Assembly (NCBI RefSeq): GCF_036588685.1
Contig: NC_086380.1
Span: forward strand, 38,564,001-38,628,000
DNA: 64,000 bases
Direction: 5' to 3'
Origin: Mytilus trossulus
Taxonomy: Eukaryota
Shown here piece after piece: positions 11,071-23,616 of this stretch. The notes beneath the pieces are model-generated. The model did no database searches, was not told the origin of the DNA, and worked only from the letters and a program-made list of their open reading frames with translations. Position 1 is the stretch's first letter. Each line of letters begins with the position of its first letter. The translations under genes and the position numbers were made by a program.

Positions 11071-13524
11071 CCCCCATAGACCTTTAATTTCAATAATATA
11101 TATTAAAAACGCGAAAACATAATTGTCGTCAAATTCTGTAACTAAATGTATTCAATTTTCAGGAAAAATTCGCAATAAACAAATTTGGGTATAGAAGTTC
11201 TGCTGTAATTTAAGAACTATCACCATGTGTATATATTGATCGATGCAAAATTCCCTACCCATTCATATATTTTCTAACAAACTTACAAGCAATGTATATA
11301 TTTAGGACACGTAACTGCGATGGTCACGCTTAGCTGGTTTTAATAAATAATTTGTTAACGTACCATTTCAGCTGATTGATTGTTGGTTGCTTATCATTCA
11401 GTGGCAAACATTACATGCATGTTCAGGACTAGAACAAATTGACAATAAATACATTAGGTAGGCCTATAATAGCGGCCGACTATCTAGAAGGTCGCATAGA
11501 TTTGGACTGCCATTGTAAAATTAAGATATATTTGATCCTTTATAGGGCAGAAATACTGCCTTTGAACAGACTACCAACGGACCCAACAAAGAATTGTCGC
11601 AAGGATTCTTAGCTTGCAAATATATCGTTGCACTTTATGATGAGTTAATCTTCACTCCCTATTTTGACCGGTCGGGACTGCAAATTGTTTATCTTGCACA
11701 GCCAAACGTTCACCTCTCTTTTCCAGGGGTTGTACTGCCGAACGGTTTAGGACCTACGTTACCATATTTATATTCCCGATTACACGTTGGAGGTTCAATT
11801 GTAGAAAGGTTTGTAATAAATCATTTCAATCAGTACTCCTAAATGATGGGCGGCGCTGGATCAAGCAAGTGACGTTTGGACAAAAGAGAAGAACAAACAC
11901 AATACATGTATAGTGAAAAAGGAGGTATATAAATAGATTGAACAATCCAACCTATAATTCAAAACCCGCTTTTGCCTTTTGATTAATTTTAAATATCAAA
12001 AAGTTCTGCATGCATTTTCTGAAATGCTAAGCGTTTGTTCTAGATTTTTTTAATAAGTGAATTATTCTGTTAAATCCAGCTTTGAATAGGTTCAGAAATA
12101 GTTTTTTTCAATAGATGTACAACTTTTAAAAACTTCAGGATATATTTACTGATATATCATGTTATGTCCGAATTATTTCAAGAACCACAAACTCTTCTTC
12201 AATGTATTTTTTGCAATTATAAATAAATTATTAAATTCGTTTCGTTCTTTTAATTCATACGAACGATTATGTTTACAGTGTTTCTTATTTTAAAATTTAT
12301 TCTCCGCCTTTTAGAAATATCTATTGTTTCTTTTTTTTTCTCTGCTTAGACCGTCTTGATTCTTTTTTTTTTTTTTTTACATATTAAACATAATCCAATG
12401 ATCATCATATTTCGTTACGTTTCGCTTCAGTTTGAGCTTTAGATTTTAGAACTATTTAGATTTCCATTGTTTTGTAAAATTTAGAAAATAAAAAAACCTC
12501 AAAAATTCGAAACTTGTTTTATCATTTTATTTTAGAACTTTGATCAAACAATTTAAAAATAAAAAACTTTTCCAAATTTTGATTTGTGCAGTATTACACG
12601 GACCCAAAGGGCCAAAATAATATGTGAACTTACATAAGAACCAAACATACAGTGTTCAATTATAAGTAACTTTCGTAATAATTGTTAGCTTTGAGCAATA
12701 TGTTACGTCCAATATGAACTCTAATAAACCTTTCATTGAGAAGCAATCGTAAATTAAACAGTATGTTAATCTGTCAAAATAATCCTTATAAAAAATTATT
12801 GTAAGCAGAGAAGTATGTCATCTCTAATTAGCTGATCTCAAAATAATCCACATAGATGTCACCACAGGTTGTCCATTTTTCCAATTGAAATATCTTAAAT
12901 ACGACAGCAGGTCAGGTGACTCACTTCGCAATGAAGAGTAGTTCAGTGTGTCAACTAGGATTTCGTCCATTGTAAGTAAGTAAACTTATAAAGTGTATCC
13001 TTTTTTATATTTTCATATACATTATGTTTTTCAATATCAAAATAATTTGTTTTTTTACTTTAAATGAGTATTAAAATTTTATACATGTTATAGTACTGTG
13101 TCAACTGTTGTGTCCACATTAATATGTGACCGCGATCGCGATTGTAAATCTTGAAATACAAATGTAGTAATTCAAGGCCAATCTAGCATTTTGGAGACGG
13201 TGAGGAGAAGTGACAATGAGAAAAAAAGGAAGAAGAGGTCATCTTCTAAGAGTAACTCAAGTCCATTACCGTTCATTGTGTTACGGTGTTATGTTTATAT
13301 TCGTTCTATATTGTTAGGGCTCATATTCTTCTGTTTATATTTTAGGTCCATTTGGTTTTTTTCTTTGTAGTTTTTGCCTATTACAATCCATTCTGTAAAC
13401 TCCCATCCACACCCTCATAATTGTCGGTTGCAGATACTTTTAAATAAATCATGGTGTGATTATTTGTGTGCATGCATGCCATTTCCCATATAAATTTCAA
13501 ATAATTTTTGAATAGATATTTATA

Positions 13525-13617
13525 AGAAGATGTGGTATGAGTGCCAATGAGACAAATATCCACAGGAGACAAAATGGCACAGAAATTAACAACTATAGGA
13601 CACCGTACGGACTTCAA
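13525..13617 (+). repeat. Short interspersed repeat family (AGATGTGGTATGATTGCCAATGAGACAACT...)
   Basis: Related copies at about 44590-44740(-), 49560-49705(-), 56202-56300(+), 58400-58545(-), 60705-60810(+) and 62090-62190(+). Confidence 0.75.
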
Positions 13618-14189
13618 AGTATTATTCAAAATGTTGGCTTGCTGGATCCTCTTTTCAAAATCCGTGAACTGCATCAGATTTGTTAAACAGTGCTGACATC
13701 TAGACTTAATGAGGTTGCTGAAGTAATAACAATAATGTCTAAATGTTAAAATATGATAGGCTAATGTCTGGTTTCTTAAAATGAAGCTAAACTTTTTGTA
13801 TTAATTACTTATTGTCAAAGTGATCACTTTAAAACCCCTTTTAATCAATGTACGACTCCAAAAGCTTATGTTACAAAGCAAAACGTGGATAATTTATCCA
13901 TATTCTCAAAAATTTCCTCGTTATTAGAAATTAATATTCCCAAAAAATCTGTGACTTATCTTAATGTGTCCATATTCAGAAATTATAATTTCTGCAACAT
14001 GTTTTCATTTGTAACAATATCCGCTACCGGCAAGGTGAATATGCAGCCATCGCTATCGAAATCAAATCTAACTAATATTCCCGCGGTTTCAGAAGCCTTC
14101 ATGCTTCTTATCAAAATTATTTTCAAAGCTAACAAAACAAAAATACATGGAATATAACAGCAAAAGATACAATAGGTTAAAACAGATAA

Positions 14190-14370
14190 TTTATATCTGT
14201 TGGATAGTTTGCGGTGTTTCGTAAAAACATTGGTAAATGATACCATAGTTTTTTGTTGAAACCCCTCGGCAACCTCACTCGACTTCGTCTCGTGAAGTTA
14301 TTGTCGAAGGTTTAAACAGAAGCTATATTCTAATTTACGAAACACCACAAAACTATACAAAAGATATAAA
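14190..14370. repeat. Imperfect palindromic mini-element
   Basis: TTATATCTGTTGGATAGTTTGCGGTGTTTCGTAAA pairs with TTTACGAAACACCACAAAACTATACAAAAGATATAA, with a GACTTCGTC hairpin at the centre. Confidence 0.75.
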
Positions 14371-14574
14371 ATATCTATAACTTTTTGTGTTGTGTCACAA
14401 ACTATAAACTTGTTATATGTAGTGTAATGGCAATACATGGACAATTTTATTTGTTTTCTTGCAGGTTATCGACAGTAGACAAGTAAATTACATTTCCCTT
14501 GGTTTGTAAATGGTGTGAATCTTACTTGTGTTGCCGTATATGTGTACACACAATTGGTCTCCGTCATAATAGTT

Positions 14575-15351
14575 ATGAAGAAGAAGAGTCATGCGTGTGA
14601 TGTCTGTGGGGGATGTTTTAGTCGTAGTTATGGCTTACTAATACACAGATTACGACATTCAGGTGAAAAACAACATACATGTGAGATATGCAGTAAACAA
14701 TTTTATTGTAAAGCTGATTTAAATCAACACGCAAAATATCATACCGGCGAAAAAAATCATTCGTGTGATGTATGTAATAAAGGGTTTATCACGTCTGGTA
14801 TTCTGAAGGCACACATGAGGAGCCATACAGGCAACAATGAAAGAAACCATATATGCAACGAGTGCGGAAAAGCATTTTTAACGTCTCATCATTTAAAAAG
14901 ACATGTACAAATACATACTGGCAAAAAACAATACGAATGTGAAAAATGTGGCCACACATTTTTACTGAATCTACGGCAATATTTGAAAAGTCATGCTGGC
15001 ACTGAGTCTGTCAGAGAAAAACGATTGTTTTGTGATGTATGCGGTAAAGGATTTCATTTAGGTACTGACTTGAAAAAACATAAGAGAACTTATACTGGTG
15101 AAAGACCTTATAAATGCGACACATGTGAAAAGCGATTTAGCACATTAAGTACCATGTATTCACACCAGAGAATACATACCGGGGAAAAACCATACAAGTG
15201 TAATTTATGTAGTAAAGCATTTTGTCAGAGTCATGATTTGACAAAGCATGTAAGAATACATACCGGTGAAAAACCGTATAAATGTGAAATATGTTCAAAG
15301 GGTTTTATTCAGAGTCAGCATCTGAAGAGACACTCGGAAACGCAACATTAA
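14575..15351 (+). CDS. C2H2 zinc-finger protein, 9 fingers (fingers 5 and 6 degenerate), 258 aa
   Basis: Repeated CxxC-x12-HxxxH with TGEKPY-type linkers. First ATG at 14575 (the ORF track starts at a GTG). Splice acceptor TTTTCTTGCAG ends at 14464, implying an upstream exon. Confidence 0.9.
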   Translation: MKKKSHACDVCGGCFSRSYGLLIHRLRHSGEKQHTCEICSKQFYCKADLNQHAKYHTGEKNHSCDVCNKGFITSGILKAHMRSHTGNNERNHICNECGKAFLTSHHLKRHVQIHTGKKQYECEKCGHTFLLNLRQYLKSHAGTESVREKRLFCDVCGKGFHLGTDLKKHKRTYTGERPYKCDTCEKRFSTLSTMYSHQRIHTGEKPYKCNLCSKAFCQSHDLTKHVRIHTGEKPYKCEICSKGFIQSQHLKRHSETQH

Positions 15352-16864
15352 TTATAACTAAAAGTTACATTTTCATCATTTCATGGAAGAAAGAACTCGG
15401 GGTAACTATTGAGGTCTGTAATATTATTCCTCGAAATTTCTTTTAAAATTTCTTTTTTTTAGTTTGTACAGTATATATTAACAATGTTTATATACTTTTT
15501 ACATTCGACTTGTTGGATTACTATGCTGTTTACATGTGATTATATATGTTAAAAACTTACTGTATAAAACTCAGACCAAGTTTTAAAAAAAATAGGCCGT
15601 TTGTTTTCTTTCCCGATTGGTCAAACTTAAGTTGTTTTTGTTGGTTTAATCAAAAGGACGAAACGCGGAATGACGCAAGTCTCAATTATTTTTTGTTTAA
15701 AAGACAATTTTACACAAAACTCATACGGCAAAATGATTTTGCAAATAAATTCGATGGCACCCCACAACAACGCTTTACTAAAAAAAATAAGCTTTATATA
15801 TCTCAAAATTTTACAGATAGCATAATAAGCCACAGGTTAATTGCAGAAAAAGGTTTTGTTTTATATATTTTATTAATAGATCATAACATATAATTTAGCT
15901 TTACTATATTTAATGGGACACAGTCGTGGAATTATACATTAACTATCTTAGCAAAGACTTAGCTACGTGTTTATTGCATCTGCCACGATTACATATCGAC
16001 CTACTCTTTGATTATTTTAGAGTTACTAAGTATTTTGTAAAGTAAAAAAAGGGTGAGGGTGGGGTTCACATGTCGCATCGTATCTCACGTCTCACACAAG
16101 ACGACGGGCGTATCAAGTGCTCGTGGCGCAGCTGTTTATTTCCATTTAAATACATGGATCTGAGTTTTAATATTCTATTACTTTTGTTGTTACCAGCTTA
16201 TAATAAAAGCTTTGTATTCTATAAATAAAATACAATTTTATTGGTATTCTTTTTATTTGGTTTCAGAATATATATGATTTTAACTTCGTTGGCGAATATC
16301 AATCTGATTAAAAAATAATAGATATGTATTAAAAATACTTAGAATAATGCGTTTTTAGTGAAATTAGTAAACTGACACTGAACATTGACGAAAGATGAGT
16401 CGAAAATGATTGTCGTATCGCTGATGATTGTTGCTGTTTATTGTCCAGTGACAAATATTACATGAATATATAATGACAAGAGCATGTTATTTGGATATTA
16501 AAATGAACCTTGTTTTTGCTAGACCGAATTGATATGCGTAATTTTGTGGGCAAGTTCATACAGTGTATTTTATTGTGATTGTTCACAAAGTAACAGTCTA
16601 CTGTTATCCGGTCGAACATTTAGATTTAATCTGCTGGTTCACTAGTTACATTTTACAGAAACAATTAAGTATGTCGCAATACTAGGGCACATTATCCAGA
16701 CTCAAAGCAGACACCATTGCCGCTTTCTTAGCAAAGAAGAATTAAGCAAAGTTTAATGTAATCGGCCTCATACATCCCTCTCCTAACCAGACGAGCATGA
16801 ATCCATCAATGTGGTTGGAACCTTTGGTCTTTGTTACATAGTTGTAGTCTTGTCTTTCTAAAAA

Positions 16865-17070
16865 AATTAAGTTCAGTTAAATGTTTTGGAGTTTAGTATG
16901 ACGTCCATTTTCACTGAACTAGTTCACATTTTTATTTAGGGGCCAGCTGAGGCCCACCTCAGGGTGTGGGATTTTCGATGCGTTGAAGACCCTTTGGTGG
17001 CCTTCGGCTGTTATCTGCTTTTTGATGGGGTTGTTGTCTCTTTGGCATATTCTCCATTTAATTTCTTAAT
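16865..17070 (-). repeat. SINE-like interspersed repeat
   Basis: Reverse-complement homologue of 54263-54480 (GGGGCCAGCTGA..., GTTGTTGTCTCTTTG.CA.ATTC.CC). Confidence 0.75.
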
Positions 17071-17149
17071 GTTATTATAGTGGATATCATAGGTTTATCA
17101 AATCAATTTTGTTATTATGTTTTAACATAACAAAATTGAAATCAAATCA

Positions 17150-17350
17150 TGTGGATCAGAATCTGCTTTACCTTCCGGAGCACATGAGATCACACCCAGT
17201 TTTTGATGGGGTTCGTGTTGCTCAGTCTATAAGTTTTCTATGTTATGTTTTGTGTACTATTGTCTGTTTGTCTTCTTCGTTTTTAGCCACTATGTTGTCA
17301 AGGTTATTTTCGACTAATCATGCTCTTTCATATCTTTCGTCGCCTCTCAT
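17150..17350 (+). repeat. Interspersed repeat (probable retroelement 3' end)
   Basis: The CTTCCGGAGCAC.TGAGATC motif and flanks are found inverted at about 40915-41110. Confidence 0.7.
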
Positions 17351-17427
17351 TACTTATTCAAATTCAAACAAACTACAATATGCACGAAATCATGAAAATG
17401 CAATAAAAAGGCTTTCGAAAGGCAAAC

Positions 17428-19683
17428 CTAGTTTAACCAGTCACATGTTTATGTGCCTATAAGTTTAACTAGTCACATGTTTATGTGCCTATTAGTTTAA
17501 CTAGTCACATGTTTATGTGCCTATTAGTTTAACTAGTCACATGTTTATGTGCCTTTTAGTTTAATTAGACACATGTGTATGTGTCTTTTAGTTGAACGAG
17601 TCACATGTTTATGTGCCTATTAGTTTAACTACTAGTAGTCACATGTGTATGTGCCTTTTAGTTTAACTAGTCACATAAGTATGTGCCTATTAGTTAACTA
17701 GTCACGTCTATGTGCCTCTTAGTTTAACTAGTCGCATGTCTATGTACCTTTTAGTTAAACTAGTCGCATGTTTACGTGCCTATTAGTTTAACTAGTCGCA
17801 TGTTTATGTGCCTATTAGTTTAACTAGTCGCATGTTTATGTGCCTATTACTAGAAGTTGAACTAGTCACATGTCTTTGTGCCTCTTAGTTCAACTAGTCG
17901 CATGTTTATGTGCCTATTACTAGAAGTTGAACTAGTCACATGTCCTTGTGCCTCTTAGTGGAACTAATCACATGTTTATGTGCCTATTAATTGAACTAGT
18001 CATATGTGTATGTGCCTTTTAGTTGAACTAGTCACATGTCTATGTGCCTCTTAGTTCAACTAGTCGCATGTCTATATGCCTTTTATTTTAACTAGTCGCA
18101 TGTTTATGTGCCCATTAGTTTAACTAGTCGCATGTTTGTGTGCCTATTAGTTTAACTAGTCGCATGTTTATGTGCCTATTACTAGAAGTTGAACTAGTCA
18201 CATGTCTTTGTGCCTCTTAGTTGAACTAGTCGCATGTTTATGTGCCTATTAGTTGAACTAATCACATGTTAATGTGCCTACTAGTTTAACTAGTCACATG
18301 TTTATGTGCTTATTAGTTGAACTAGTCACATGTTTATGTGCCTACTAGTTTTACTAGTCATATGTTTATGTGTCTATTAGTTGAACTAGTCACATGTTTA
18401 TGTGCCTACTAGTTTAACTAGTCACATGTTTATGTGCCTATTAGTTTAACTTGTCGCATGTCTATGTGCCTATTAGTTGAACTAGTCACAAATGTAATGT
18501 GCCTTTTAGTTGAACTAGACACATGTTTGTGTGCCTATTAGTTGAACTAGTTACATGTTTATGTGCTTTTTAGTTTAACTAGTCACATGTAAACTAGTAA
18601 CATGTTTATGTGCCTTTAAGTTGAACTAGTCACATGTTTATGTGCCTTTTAGTTGAACTAGTCACATGTCTTTGTGCCTCTTAGTTTAACTAGTCGCATG
18701 TTTATGTGCCTATTACTAGAAGTTGAACTAGTCACATGTCCTTGTGCCTCTTAGTGGAACTAATCACATGTTTATGTGCCTATGAGTTGAACTAGTCATA
18801 TGTGTATGTGCCTTTTAGTTGAACTAGTCACATGTCTATGTGCCTCTTAGTTCAACTAGTCGCATGTCTATATGCCTTTTATTTTAACTAGTCGCATGTT
18901 TATGTGCCCATTAGTTTAACTAGTCGCATGTTTGTGTGCCTATTAGTTTAACTAGTCGCATGTTTATGTGCCTATTACTAGAAGTTGAACTAATCACATG
19001 TCTTTGTGCCTCTTAGTTGAACTAGTCGCATGTTTATGTGCCTATTAGTTGAACTAATCACATGTTTATGTGCCTACTAGTTTAACTAGTCACATGTTTA
19101 TGTGCTTATTAGTTGAACTAGTCACATGTTTATGTGCCTACTAGTTTTACTAGTCATATGTTTATGTGTCTATTAGTTGAACTAGTCACATGTTTATGTG
19201 CCTACTAGTTTAACTAGTCACATGTTTATGTGCCTATTAGTTTAACTTGTCGCATGTCTATGTGCCTATTAGTTGAACTAGTCACAAATGTAATGTGCCT
19301 TTTAGTTGAACTAGACACATGTTTGTGTGCCTATTAGTTGAACTCGTTACATGTTTATGTGCCTTTTAGTTTAACTAGTCACATGTAAACTAGTAACATG
19401 TTTATGTGCCTTTAAGTTGAACTAGTCACATGTTTATGTGCCTTTTAGTTGAACTAGTCACATGTTTATGTGCCTACTAGTTTAACTAGTCACATGTTTA
19501 TGTGCCTATTAGTTGAACTAGTCAAATGTTTATGTGTCTTTTAGTTGAAATAGTCACATGTTTATGTGCCTACTAGTTTAACTAGTCACATGTTTATGTG
19601 CCTATTAGTTTAACTAGTCACATGTAAACTAGTCATATGTTTATGTGCCTTTTAGTTGAACTAGTCACATGTTTATGTGCCTA
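17428..19683. repeat. 32-bp tandem satellite, about 70 copies (TAGTTKAACTAGTCACATGTTTATGTGCCTWT)
   Basis: Directly visible 32-bp period (e.g. 17461 to 17493), with a 796-bp higher-order duplication. Confidence 0.97.
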
Positions 19684-19773
19684 CCTATTTCATACCAGGA
19701 ACAGTAGTAATCTTGTGTCACGCCTTATGTGTAGAATTTTGATGTTGATAACATGGCTTTCAAAAATTACCTT

Positions 19774-22700
19774 CAGGTGCGTAGCTAGCATTCAATTCAA
19801 CTGTAGGCACAAATCGGCAGAGGGTCTGGGGCCGCCTAAGGCCCCCAGCCGGTCCAGGGCGGAGCCCTGGTAGGGGGTTCAGGGGGGCTTCGCCCCCCTT
19901 CGGAAAACGGTTTTCAGCATTTTAGTTGCATAATTTTGTGTACAAAAATATCATGTTTACTGGTTTTTATCATGATGATATCCATGAAGAAAAGTTCGAA
20001 GAATTATGAGTAATTTTACATTAACACGTGAATTAACGTAGTACAATCAGAAATCTGAAAAAAATAAATAAAATATTGATATTTACAATATGCCCAGTGT
20101 AGATCAGACTAGTTTTAGAGAGGGTCAAAGGAAAAGGTTTTTAACTTTTTTAAATGTATCTTTTAACTTAAATTTTTGGGGAAAAAATTGTTAAACAAAT
20201 CTTATATTTCTGAACTTTTATAAATAACTTTCAGATCCAGTTACACACAATTTCAAATACAATGATACATTTACTCAAAGTCAAGTCGACGGTTTTTCCT
20301 GCCGATAAAATCAGTAATACTCGCATCAATATCAACATTGAGGTGTCGGTGAATATGAAGAAGAGATAAATTTGAAAGTCGTTCGTCTCCCATTGTCGAT
20401 CTCAGGTAGGATTTCACGCGTCTCATCGCGCTGAATGATCTTTCACTAGTTGCCGATGAAACAGGCATTGTCAATTAAATCCAAATAATCCTATACACTG
20501 AAGGGTACAGATCGGCGTTTGTTACGTTAAGGACACCAAGAAGTCTATCTGGTCTGTTGTCTTCAATACGCCAACGGGCTTTCCATCGTGTTATCTCATC
20601 ATCAAATTCTTTTTATCACCTAAATCCGAACGGTAAGAGTTGTAAATTTTGTCTGCTATTTCTGGAGTCAAGTTCCCTAATTTGGCCGGAATGAAATAAG
20701 AGGCAAGGAAGCGTTCCTCGTTGCTAATCAACCGCTTTGTAATCTCAGCAACCAAGTGGTCGAGAAACACGTAGTATAACGAAACTCTCCAATAGTCTGA
20801 CGGCTCAAGAATTGCATGGTTAGCTCTGTGTCGTTGACGTCCAGCCACACGCGGAACTGATGGCTGGATGTCGTGTTCTGCTGCAATATCTGTTGCTCTT
20901 GCAAACAAGGACTCCCAAACTGTATCATCACCTCTTTCATCGGAAAGCCTTTGAATTACAATTTTAGCCTCTGTCAAAGATTCAATCAAATCAATATCGG
21001 TTTTCTGTAAGTAATTTGTCAAGGTGACTGTTGCGCTCAATATGTGTTCAGCAACAACAAGACTAATAATAAATTCAAATCGAAGTATCGCATTCATACT
21101 CTGTGCTGCTTTGTCATCGTTGTCGTCTTTAAGTGAATTCAGGGAAGAGACAACAACTTCAAATGCTGTTCGAAATGTATACAGCGAATCTGCCCGGCTT
21201 GACCAACGAGTTTCACACAGTGTTCTCAACTTTGTTCGGCGTTCTAGTTGGTCTTGAACGTTTTCATTTTCTGACAGTTCTTCAGTGAAAGCAGTCAAGC
21301 TTTTAGCCGAATAATCAAATTTGAATGCAATTTCTTGTACAGTCAACATCATGTTTCTAACACAAAGTTCCTTACTACTATGAACGAGTGCAAGATTTAG
21401 TTGGTGTGCCTTGCAGTGGATGTAGGAAGCTTCTGGTGATTGCTCTAATATTTTTGCCTGCACACCATTATACTTGCCGGACATATTCGCGGCGCCGTCA
21501 TAACACTGGGCACGGAGATTCCTTATATCAAGGTTTACATGTTCAAGAAACTCAACGATCGTATTAGAAATGGCAACACCTTTTACACTTTTGGCATGTT
21601 TAAAACCAATAAATTCTTCTCGTATGCTGATGATATCGTTTTTCTTATCTAAGAACCTAACACACAAAGACAATTGCTCTTTCGTAGAAACATCCGTGCA
21701 TTCGTCAGCAATAATAGCGAAGTATTTAGCCTCACGACAGGCGTCGATAATGCTATCCTGCACCTGTTGCCCCACAATTTTAATTATCTCATTCTGGATT
21801 TCAGGCGACAAGTATGTCGTCCGACTTCCTGCGCGAAACGCCAGCCAGTCCGAGAGCTTGTCATCATTTCTAGCTATTTCGTGTAGAATAGCAATAAAGT
21901 TGCTTCTTTCCTCTACATGACCTCTTATTGGTATGTTTTGTCGTCCACATAGAAGTATGACTTCGAAAATTTTCATTAAACCATATCTGTTATCGGCAGC
22001 GACCTTCTTATGACTTGACGATATCATGCTCGCGACGGAATCGCCCTTGTCTTTCTTCACGCGAAGGAAATCTTCTCCAGCTATTAAAGAACCTCTGTGT
22101 TGGGACAGATTTTCATGAAACCTGGCCAGGGATAGCAGATTTTTCCAATCTGTTATCGCCGAAGCTGAGAACGATTTCTCCTTAGCATCTACACTTGTAA
22201 AAAGGACACAATATGCACAGAAAACGGAGTCTGTTGATGTAGAATACCGCATCCAGTGGAAATCTTTGAGCCAAGTTGCTTGGAATCTTCTGTTCTTCTT
22301 TCCAAATAAACTGAAACGTACAAGTAACGAAAATAACATATGTGTTTGCATCCAAAGACAGTGCGAAGTATATATTTTTGTTGGCAAACATCACATAATT
22401 AGAAAACTCACAGCGTCATGCATTGCCGAAGTCCCCATACCAAAGAAAACAAATAATTGCCGTTGAAAATCGAAAGGGAGCGCTTGAAAGTGTAAGATTT
22501 ATTTTGATAACTATTTAATTGGTCAAATCAAACTACCTTATGATATTAAGTGTGGACGGACTGACGGACAGTCAGATATCTACCGATCGGAGAGACGGAC
22601 ATATTGATTACTTGATGGCATCCGCTGAATGTAAGTAAGGTCTTAATCAATAATATTATACTGCTTCCCTATATAATACAGGTATCCTCAAGTAGTTACG

Positions 22701-23342
22701 CAACAAGTTTACGATGTGACTTGTCACAGACGCAGGACGGATCTTAAATGCTCATAGCTTTCTGATAAAATACAAAACTCTGCGAAAAAAATATTTTCTT
22801 TATTCAGACATTCAACATACTCTGCTAACAATATTGCCATTTGGTGAATATACAGTACTTACCGTGGGGGAAATTTAAAGCTGTGACTTTCCGTCCATGT
22901 TTGTGTTAAGATAGCAATCTTCTTGTTGTCAGGTATTATTTGTTGGTGTTTTAAAGACCCGATATCTGGGTAAGGGGGGTGGTGCTGTGTACATAACGAT
23001 GCATTACTTGACGTTGTCGTAGAAGCTTCAGTCTTGGATGATTCTCCACTATCGTCAATTGCAGTCCTAGTCTGACAATTTGGACTCTCTTCTTCATCTT
23101 TCTTTCGTTTCGAACGAACAACAAATTTATCCATGTTGAAATTTTGTTTACCTATACACGAGTTATCGTACTTAACCAGGATACTAGTATCGGGATTCGG
23201 ATACGGGTTGGTCATGTATAATAATACGCATTAGAATATTAAAATGTTTTATTTTTTTTTATTTTTTTTTCCAGAGGGGGTATAATCGGCAAATTTATGT
23301 ATAGGCACGTGCCTAGTCGAGCCTTAGGTAGCTACGCCCCTG
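19774..23342 (-). mobile_element. Full-length hAT DNA transposon
   Basis: TIRs CAGGTGCGTAGCTA / TAGCTACGCCCCTG. ACCTT is duplicated at 19769-19773 and 23343-23347. Encloses a transposase gene. Confidence 0.93.
20271..23134 (-). pseudogene. hAT transposase (ZMYM1/THAP12-like: TTF zinc finger, DUF4371, DDE, C-terminal dimerisation domain), disrupted near the 3' end
   Basis: Exon 1 is 23134-22863 (donor CG|GTAAGT). Exon 2 starts at 22310 (CAG|), in frame. Motifs FCAYC, IADECTD, YDGAANMSG, HCKAHQLNL, TRWSSR and SERSFS. Frameshift in an A-run at about 20610-20614 and an in-frame TAA at 20475-20477. Confidence 0.9.
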
Positions 23343-23616
23343 ACCTTTAATTATTCACAACTTGCGTAAGCGATGGACTATTTGGAGCTTTACACATTGT
23401 ATTGACTAGACGCTATACTATTATTTATCTCTAGATGTCTTTTTTATGTGGACTTGCTGCCTTATTATCAAAGAAATCACATCCCAATTCATTTTCCCCC
23501 ATGGTATCTTATTTTTTCCTAAAGTTTTGTTTAATGTCATTTATATTCATTCCATGTGTATACTAAATAATATAACCAATTGCAATAAACATGATTTATT
23601 AAAGAGTTTTTGAAAT

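Noticed and set aside
17428-19683. CRISPR-like array (32-bp palindromic repeats)
   Set aside because: Units are head-to-tail with no unique spacers, no cas genes are present, and the context is eukaryotic.
20591-22387. 598-aa ORF as a complete host ZMYM1/THAP12 gene
   Set aside because: It lies between TIRs with a TSD, its N-terminus is intron sequence, and its C-terminus is frameshifted.
21024-22466. Plus-strand ORFs overlapping the transposase
   Set aside because: Antisense shadows of a coding region with no recognisable motifs.
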